A program made the position numbers and the translations under genes. A DNA stretch of 39,530 nt, taken from the NCBI GenBank assembly GCA_002269645.1, contig NIVC01003301.1, positions 1 through 39,530 on the forward strand. Direction: 5' to 3'. Source of the DNA: Macrostomum lignano. Taxonomy: Eukaryota. Each line of letters opens with the position of its first letter. The stretch's first letter is position 1. This document shows positions 32,749 to 39,530 of the stretch, piece by piece. The notes beneath the pieces are model-generated. The model had not been told where the DNA came from, did no database searches, and saw nothing but the letters and a program-made list of their open reading frames with translations.

Positions 32749-32844
32749 ACTCTCTAGAGGTGTTCGTGCAGGATCCGCAGTCCTCAGTGAATCTGGATGA
32801 TTGGACTGCAGACGGGACTTGGGCAACCCCAGTTCGAGTTTTTG
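32749..32844 (+). CDS. EGF/TNFR-domain protein exon (96 nt, phase 1-1)
   Basis: TTCCCAG| ... G|GTGAGA. (D)SLEVFVQDPQSSVNLDDWTADGTWATPVRVF. Confidence 0.62.
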
Positions 32845-32861
32845 GTGAGAGAATAGGGGAG

Positions 32862-33846
32862 GTGGGAATGTGGGATCACGGACTGTGGGATATGAGAGTG
32901 TGGGATCACGGACTGTGGGATATGAGAGTGTGGGATCACGCACTGTGGGATCTGGGAGTGTGGGATCACGGACTGTAGGATATGAGAGTGTGGGATCACG
33001 GACTGTGGGATATGAGAGTGTGGGATCACGGACTGTGGGATCTGGGAGTGTGGGATCACGGACTGTAGGATATGAGAGTGTGGGATCACGGACTGTGGGA
33101 TATGAGAGTGTGGGATCACGCACTGTGGGATCTGGGAGTGTGGGATCACGGACTGTAGGATATGAGAGTGTGGGATCACGGACTGTGGGATATGAGAGTG
33201 TGGGATCACGGACTGTGGGATCTGGGAGTGTGGGATCACGGACTGTAGGATATGAGAGTGTGGGATCACGGACTGTGGGATATGAGAGTGTGGGATCACG
33301 GACTGTGGGATCTGGGAGTGTGGGATTTGAGTGTGTGGGGTTAGGGAATGGGGGATCTGGGAGTGTGGGATCTGAGAGTGTGGGATTTGAGTGTGTGGGG
33401 TTAGGGAATGGGGGATCTGAGAGTGTGGGATCTGAGAGTGTGGGATTTGAGTGTGTGGGGTTAGGGAATGGGGGATCTGAGAGTGTGGGATCTGAGAGTG
33501 TGGGATTTGAATGTGTGTGGAGTTAGGTAATGTGGGATCTGAGAGTGTGGGATCTGAGAGTGTGGGATTTGAGAGTTTGGGATCTGAGAGTGTGGGATCT
33601 GAGAGTGTGGGATCTGAGAGTGTGGGATTTGAGAGTTTGGGATCTGAGAGTGTGGGATCTGAGAGTGTGGGATCTGAGAGTGTGGGATCTGAGAGTGTGG
33701 GATCTGAGAGTGTGGGATCTGAGAGTGTGGGATCTGAGAGTGTGGGATCTGAGAGTGTGGGATCTGAGAGTGTGGGATCTGAGAGTGTGGGATCTGAGAG
33801 TGTGGGATCTGAGAGTGTGGGATCTGGGAGGGTGGGATCTGAGAGT
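32862..33846. repeat. G-rich minisatellite; 30-bp dimeric units resolving to the 15-bp unit (gagagtgtgggatct)n
   Basis: Directly visible; fills most of the intron. Confidence 0.97.
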
Positions 33847-33954
33847 GACACTCAGCAGGAGTGTGTACGACATCTGGAAGTGTGTTAACTGAAAATTATT
33901 TCGAGTGCAATAAAATCAAAACCAGTCCCTGGCAACTCATCCACTTGAGCACAG

Positions 33955-34170
33955 ATGCCCCAGATCTTCCAAGCGATTTCGCCCATGCGGTGGCCGCATC
34001 CCAGCTTGACGACGCCTGTCTCGATGCTGCCGAGTGCCAGGTGGCCAAGGGCCAGGGCCGTCTGGGCTGTCGACCGACAACTAAGGAAGTGGGCAGAGCG
34101 GGCGGATCAAGCGATCGATGCCTGTGCATCCGGGGATTTGAGTTCTACGCGCCCAGCGGCTCCTGCGTTG
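33955..34170 (+). CDS. EGF/EB-like module exon (216 nt, phase 1-1)
   Basis: GCACAG| ... G|GTGAGG. ...DDACLDAAECQVAKGQGRLGCRP...DRCLCIRGFEFYAPSGSCV: six Cys with a CxCxxGF...C ending. Confidence 0.8.
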
Positions 34171-34171
34171 G

Positions 34172-34432
34172 TGAGGGGAGAGAGGAGAGGAGAAGAGAGA
34201 GGGGGTGAGGAGAGAAGGAATGAGGAGGGAAGGGGTGAGGAGGGAAGGGGTGAGGAGAGAAGGGGTGAGGAAAGAGGGGGTGAAGAGAGTGGGTGAGGAG
34301 TGAGGGGGTGTGGAGAGAGGGTGTGAGGAGAGAGGGGGTGAGGAGAGAGGGGGTGAGGAGAGAGGGGTGAGGAGAGAGGGGGTGACGAGAGAGGGGGTGA
34401 GGAGAGAGGGGGTGAGGAGAGGTGTGATGAGA
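34172..34432. repeat. GA-rich ~15-bp repeat (gtgaggagagagggg)n
   Basis: Directly visible; starts at the splice donor. Confidence 0.9.
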
Positions 34433-34596
34433 GAAGGATGAGGATAGATATGACGTGGGAGAGGGGGGGCAGGTTGAGGCGCGAAGCAAAATAAGAGATG
34501 GACAGGAGAGGATAATTATTGCAGATGTCTAAGAAAGCTGATGAAGCCCATCCAAACCTGAATAAATAAACTTCCGGCACTAAAATCTTGCCACAG

Positions 34597-34719
34597 ACAT
34601 AGATGAGTGCTCGGCGAGCCGCAACCCCTGCTCAGAGCTGGCCGTGTGCACCAACACGGTGGGATTCTACCGGTGCCTCTGTCGGCCTGGTTACTATGGC
34701 AACGGGAAAGTGTGCAGAG
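34597..34719 (+). CDS. Calcium-binding EGF domain exon (123 nt, phase 1-1)
   Basis: DIDECSASRNPCSELAVCTNTVGFYRCLCRPGYYGNGKVCR matches the cbEGF pattern and the Asx-hydroxylation consensus C-x-N-x4-Y-x-C-x-C. Signals CCACAG| and G|GTGAGA. Confidence 0.93.
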
Positions 34720-34871
34720 GTGAGAAATTGAAGCTTCTTTGTTTAGTTTGAAATTGAATTTGTAAAACAGCACTAATTTCGACCTTCCCTAAAAGATTAG
34801 GATTTTATAAAGTTGGACTTTAGTCAACGAGTACATGTACTGGGAAAGTAATTGTTGTTATCTGCTTCCAG

Positions 34872-34946
34872 AGTGCAGCCGAGAATGTCCGTCCGGCCAG
34901 TTTCTGGTTGCCGAGTGCACGCCTCATCGGGATATCGTTTGCCAGG
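34872..34946 (+). CDS. TNFR-type cysteine-rich repeat exon (75 nt, phase 1-1)
   Basis: (E)CSRECPSGQFLVAECTPHRDIVCQ fits the TNFR_c6 pattern C..C..G.....C....D..C. Signals TTCCAG| and G|GTGAGT. Confidence 0.87.
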
Positions 34947-35090
34947 GTGAGTCGTTGATTACTTGATTGTCGTTGAGTACTTACATCACAGCAGCTAACC
35001 CATTGCATAACTCAACCATATCGCGGTCTAGAAGTTAAGCTGTCTTCTGCTCCAAGTGCTTATAACGACTCGCTGTCGTCCCTTTTATAG

Positions 35091-35245
35091 CAGGGGTCGG
35101 CGAACCTTTTAAACTTGAAGGCCAGATTTAGAAGCTAGAGTATGACTCTATAATGAATATGTAGAGAAGAGATAGAGAGGGGGAGAGAGGAGGGGAGAGT
35201 GGAGAGGGAAGATAAGAGAGGAGAGGAGAAAAGGGTAGAGAGCCG
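35091..35245 (+). mobile_element. hAT-like element end plus GA-rich tract; same family as 5586-5904
   Basis: CAGGGGTCGGCGAACCTTTTAAACTTGAAGGCCAGATTTAGAAGCTAGAGTATGACT aligns by eye with the reverse complement of 5850-5904. Confidence 0.55.
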
Positions 35246-36978
35246 AGAACTGATAAAAGACGGCGGCTTACCTACCTTTCGTATGCCTTAGCTTAATTAT
35301 TTATTGAAATGTCTGACAGAAGGATCTCACAATGTTTCCTCGATTAAAATGATTCGCTGAAAAAATCCGTACCGTATTTCTGCCCAGAGGTTATAAATAT
35401 ATTAAGCTCTCGAGTGACAGCTCAGGGCACGCCCCAATCTCCAGCACTCTGCAGCTCTGCAGTCAATGCAGTTCCGGATTAAAGTGGCAGTCGACAGCTT
35501 CTTATTTTTAAGGGGAAAAAGCAATTCACTGTTCACAAAGACTCGAGTGGGTGTTTTCTGTCTGAATCTAACACCTTAAGCATTGAGCTGGGCTCGTGCG
35601 GGGGCAACGCCTCAATCGAGTCCGTCTCTAAGCCACCCCTGATATCAGTTGCTAAATGCTTCTATATTTCCCCAAAATGTTCTCCTCTCAGCTCCGTTTC
35701 CCGCAAAGAGTTGGTCAGAGGCAAGTTGAGGCAACAGGAATCTCATGACAGCCTGCAGTTGCCAAGGCTCAAAAAGAAAGAGATCAGAAGACGGGTACAA
35801 AAATTGCCGCTGCAGACTTAAGAATTGCCGAGGCCACTCAGGATTGGGATTAATGACTTGTTCAACAACTCAGGAAAATTGGCCTTTCTGAGCTCCTCTC
35901 GATGGCTCTACTGAACTCTTTACCACTGAAAGTCGAACGGATCTCCTGTTCCGTTGTCTATCAAAAAGCTGAAAGTAAATATGGATAAGAAGTGTACAGT
36001 AGCACTTTGAACCTCTACAGTCCACGTCTCACCACTAAGCGTCTGTGGAATGCTCACCTTTTATTCTTGCCAATATAAAAAAGTAAGCAAAGAATGAAAT
36101 AATAATTCCCACACCGCCGCGGCCACTTCATCGGCACTTGAGCCAACGGTTTGAATTCGAGCTTTCATCCAAGTGAACAATGGAATGCACAGAAAATGTG
36201 TGAGAAAATACAAGTAACTGACCGCTGCTGCATATTGGCCATTTGATTGCGAGCGCTTTTATAGCAAAGTGATAAGTAGACTAACATGCAGGTGTATTCA
36301 GCTGATGGATAATATTCCAGTTGTCAGTCACTCTAAAATAATCGACTTATTGGGCATGTGTTCTAAAACAAGCATTGCCACTTCCAGTTGGAAGATTCGC
36401 TGCTCGTCACGAGTACCTGCATGTGCGCCCGCCTCCCCTACTCAAATTCATAACATAGCGCAGATGAGAATTAAATAAAGAAAATATAAAAAGACAGCCA
36501 AAAAGCATAAGCAAAAAAAAACGGTTGGAAGGCCACTTCAAGATCGGGTGGGTGACCCCCCCCCCATGCAGCCAGCGCCGATTGGCTGCTTAGGCCCAAG
36601 AGCAGAGACCTCTGCCAGAAGCAGAAACACAGCTGGAAATAAGAACCCGGCGACGACGTGACAAGACGGGCAAAGCGAAAGACAAAACAAAAGAAGAGCG
36701 GCAGCGAGGAGGGAGAGAGAGAGACGAAGTGCCGAAGAGAAAAAGGTGCAGAAAAGAGGCGTTTTAAGGCGCAGAAAGCTGGAACGAATTGCTATTGCCT
36801 GTAGGAAGCATCAACACGGTGCCGGCTCACAGCTTGAGGCTTGCGGAAGATCTGCACCTTGCCGTTTTTTGCTTAGGATTGAGGCTGCAAAGATCCACCT
36901 CTTGCTCCCTCGCTGTCCCTGAAGTTTGTCTCCAAAAAGGGACGCTAGAGGCGGCGCCAGTTCAGCCTGACCACCTCT

Positions 36979-37168
36979 ATGCTGCCAAATGAACAGCAAT
37001 GCACGGCTGCTTTCCAACGGCTAATGCTGTTGCTGTTATTGCTGCTTCAACTGCGAATGCTGCATTGTCGAGATGAGTCAACACCGAGCTGCCCGCCTGG
37101 CTTCTACGATGCAAGTCAAGGAGTGAATGCGCCGCTTCTTGGGAAGCCACGGAAGCCGCAGTGCGTTC
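36979..37168 (+). CDS. First exon of a probable secreted or membrane protein
   Basis: MLPNEQQCTAAFQRLMLLLLLLLQLRMLHC (signal-like), then SCPPGFYD...KPQCV. Donor C|GTGAGT at 37169, phase 1; in-frame stop upstream at 36946. Confidence 0.6.
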
Positions 37169-37546
37169 GTGAGTATTCGTTAATAATGACCTTGTAGCGC
37201 CGCTCTGCGACCTTGATCCAGCGTGTTTCTGTTGCTGTCGGTTTGCCGTCGCGATGAAGGATTTGAAGAGAGGCTTCTTCCACACACAAATATTGTTGCT
37301 TAAAAAGATATTTAGATTTGAGACTTGAAAAAAATTAAAATTAAAAAATATTTTTGCAAGCGGGCTCATGGACAGCTCTTCTCACATTTTAATCGGTTCA
37401 GTAAAGCTTAACAAATTGCTCGCGCTGTTTATTAAAAAATAAGTACAATAGTCAATTAATTATACTTCCGTCTCAACGACTCTCTGTATGTAACGAGTTA
37501 TAACAAAGTGTGAAGAAATGTAATTTTTCATATTAATCTTTTTCAG

Positions 37547-37618
37547 ACGCAGTTCGTCCACTAAGCAAAGAAGACAATCGTTTGAAAGATGAAGACTTTA
37601 AGCCAGTTTCAGAAGCGG
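37547..37618 (+). CDS. Probable internal exon (72 nt, phase 1-1)
   Basis: TCTTTTTCAG| acceptor and G|GTAAGT donor; (x)AVRPLSKEDNRLKDEDFKPVSEA. Confidence 0.52.
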
Positions 37619-37983
37619 GTAAGTTTATTTGGTTGTTTAAAACAATGCAAAATAGCCCGCTTTTTGCAGATGTAGAGCTAGGGATAGAGGACTTCCAATG
37701 TCTAATATTTGTTGTGATGGGAAAGAGTTGTTGATCTGGGGTGCTGTTGTTCAACCATTGTTTAGATCATAAGTAGTCATTTAGGCTTTTGCTAATGAAA
37801 CAGATATGTTACTTTTAAGTTATTGCGTTTTGATTAGAGTTAGACTGACAGGAGGAAAGCTGAAAATCGAGAGAAAAACACTTGACTTAAAGCTTAATTT
37901 CTTTCAAATACACTTTATTAGATTGACTGAATCGTGGCTGAGTAGGTTGTAAAGATGGTCTGGATAAAGCCAGGCCTGGGTCA

Positions 37984-38340
37984 ATGTACGTTTTGTGGCT
38001 TATTGAATGACTTGGGACGTAGCGGAGGGTCTGGGAGTTTGTCTTGCCCAATGTACATTAAAATTTATTTCAAACCTTTTTGTGGCTTATTGAATAATTA
38101 GGGACGTAGCGGAGGGTCTGGGAGTTTGTCTTGCCCAATGTACTTTTTTATTTATTTCAAACCTTTTTGTGGCTTATTGAATAATTAGGGACGTAGCGGA
38201 GGGTCTGGGAGTTTGTCTTGCCCAATGTACATTAAAATTTATTTCAAACCTTTTTGTGGCTTATTGAATAATTAGGGACGTAGCGGAGGGTCTGGGAGTT
38301 TGTCTGGGCCAATGTACATTTAATTTTATTTTAACGCTTT
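37984..38340. repeat. 87-bp tandem repeat, ~4 copies
   Basis: gggacgtagcggagggtctgggagtttg starts at 38014, 38101, 38188 and 38275. Confidence 0.95.
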
Positions 38341-38552
38341 TATGGCCGACTGAGTGACAAAGGTTTGCTCCAGATTAACGAGCTTGTGCTTCGTCCCTCC
38401 CTGTGTTTCTAGATAATAGTTTAATTACATGTAATAGTTTAGTTAGATAAATTAGTCTAACTTATTTCTCAGTTAAAAGGTACTCTTAGAGTCTGAATAA
38501 AAAGTATATTTATCGCTAGCCATCACAAATTTAAATCGCCACATTTCTACAG

Positions 38553-38670
38553 AAGCCGCCACTTTCAAGTCGGTGCACTCGAATAATCTGATTGCGGAGA
38601 AGAGTTTGCTGAAATGGCGTCCCACACTGTGCCTCTCAGCGGCAACGGAGTCACCAAACAGTTTGTCTGG
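38553..38670 (+). CDS. Possible internal exon (phase 1 to 2)
   Basis: CATTTCTACAG| ... GG|GTACGT. (E)AATFKSVHSNNLIAEKSLLKWRPTLCLSAATESPNSLS. Confidence 0.35.
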
Positions 38671-39017
38671 GTACGTCGTGCTGCTTGTTGACTGGATTTG
38701 CTGGGCTTCAGAAATCTGCTTCTCGATCAAATTCATTTTGAGGAATAGAACTACCTCTTATTCTCTATTCTCAACCAGTTCGTTCTCACCAATCTCGCCG
38801 TCATTCTCACTTTCATTCTCACGCTTGCTTTCATTGTCAATGTCCCCCTCAACCTTTCTCATTCTCACCCTCAATCCTACTCTCATTCCCACTCTCACCC
38901 TCACTTCACTCTTGAGACCTCACCCACGTCCCTCTTACTCTCAGAGAGTATCTCAACCTCACTCTCTCACTCTCACTCTTACCCTCACTGTCACCAGCTC
39001 ACTCTCTACTAACGCTC

Positions 39018-39018
39018 C

Positions 39019-39067
<49 letters not shown>
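39018..39067. repeat. (CT)n microsatellite inside a pyrimidine-rich tract (38760-39180)
   Basis: Directly visible. Confidence 0.92.
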
Positions 39068-39071
<4 letters not shown>

Positions 39072-39433
39072 AGCTTCAGTTTTACTTTCAAAATACCTAG
39101 CTCTCATTTTACTTCCATTCTCATTCTCGCTTTTACTTCTATCCTCCCATTTAAAATTTGTTGTTCTTGTTCCTTTCACTCCATTTATCATTTATGTCGC
39201 AGGGAAACTCTCAGTGTTTGCATTGTTGTTCATGCACCTGATCCATACTTATCCTTTAATGTTGCTGATGGTGAACTTTTGGTTTACAGGCAGGCAGCCA
39301 CCCCGACTTGGAGGTCGCTGTGTGGTGAAGGACGCCAATTTGATCCCTACTTACATCGACGGAAATAAGAAGCGAGCGGACGGACGGACGCGTCGGATAA
39401 TGAGTTCATGTCTCACCTGATCTCATATTACAG

Positions 39434-39496
39434 TAGAAAGTGGCAGCATTTGAAAGCGCCGCGAGTTTATTCCAGTATTATGAAGAATTATTGCAG
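39434..39496 (+). CDS. Possible internal exon (63 nt, phase 2-2)
   Basis: ATTACAG| acceptor and strong CAG|GTAAGT donor. Open only in phase 2 (RKWQHLKAPRVYSSIMKNYC), matching the 38670 donor. Confidence 0.3.
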
Positions 39497-39530
39497 GTAA
39501 GTTGGGTATATGCAGTGCTGTCAAGTTACC

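Noticed and set aside
35421-35511. LCSQCSSG as a further TNFR repeat exon
   Set aside because: That frame needs a phase-0 acceptor whereas the upstream donor is phase 1, and it stops at 35509. Phase-1 readings give no Cys pattern.
39290-39420. GC-richer block as a coding exon
   Set aside because: Three staggered acceptors give different frames, none recognisable, and no convincing in-phase donor.

Overview
Eukaryotic genomic DNA, rich in introns and microsatellites, with GC-rich exons. An invertebrate is likely; a flatworm such as Macrostomum is my unverified guess. I can assemble five protein-coding genes by hand using GT-AG rules and exon phase. (1) A Shaw/Kv3-type voltage-gated K+ channel on + (~1.8-21.5 kb): T1, S1-S6, TTLGYGD filter and PVP motif, a reading-frame break inside the S1 exon, and a long tail of phase-1 exons. 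(2) An AP-3 sigma subunit on - with an intronless CDS (24253-24825). (3) An unrecognised 6-exon, 232-aa type I membrane protein on + (28738-31469). (4) An extracellular protein on + combining an EGF/EB-like module, a calcium-binding EGF domain and a TNFR-type Cys repeat (32347 to >34946). (5) A probable secreted or membrane protein starting at 36979. Introns carry many different tandem repeats, several MITE-like DNA transposons and a CORE-type SINE. Most long ORFs in the supplied track are translations of these repeats. Most worth a second look: reverse-complementary (CAGT)n/(ACTG)n arrays bracketing the T1 exon, a possible 41-nt micro-intron switch in the S1 exon, an atypical S4, the cbEGF+TNFR architecture and a pre-miRNA-like hairpin near 24.0 kb. 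Nothing here looks prokaryotic, and I found no CRISPR array.
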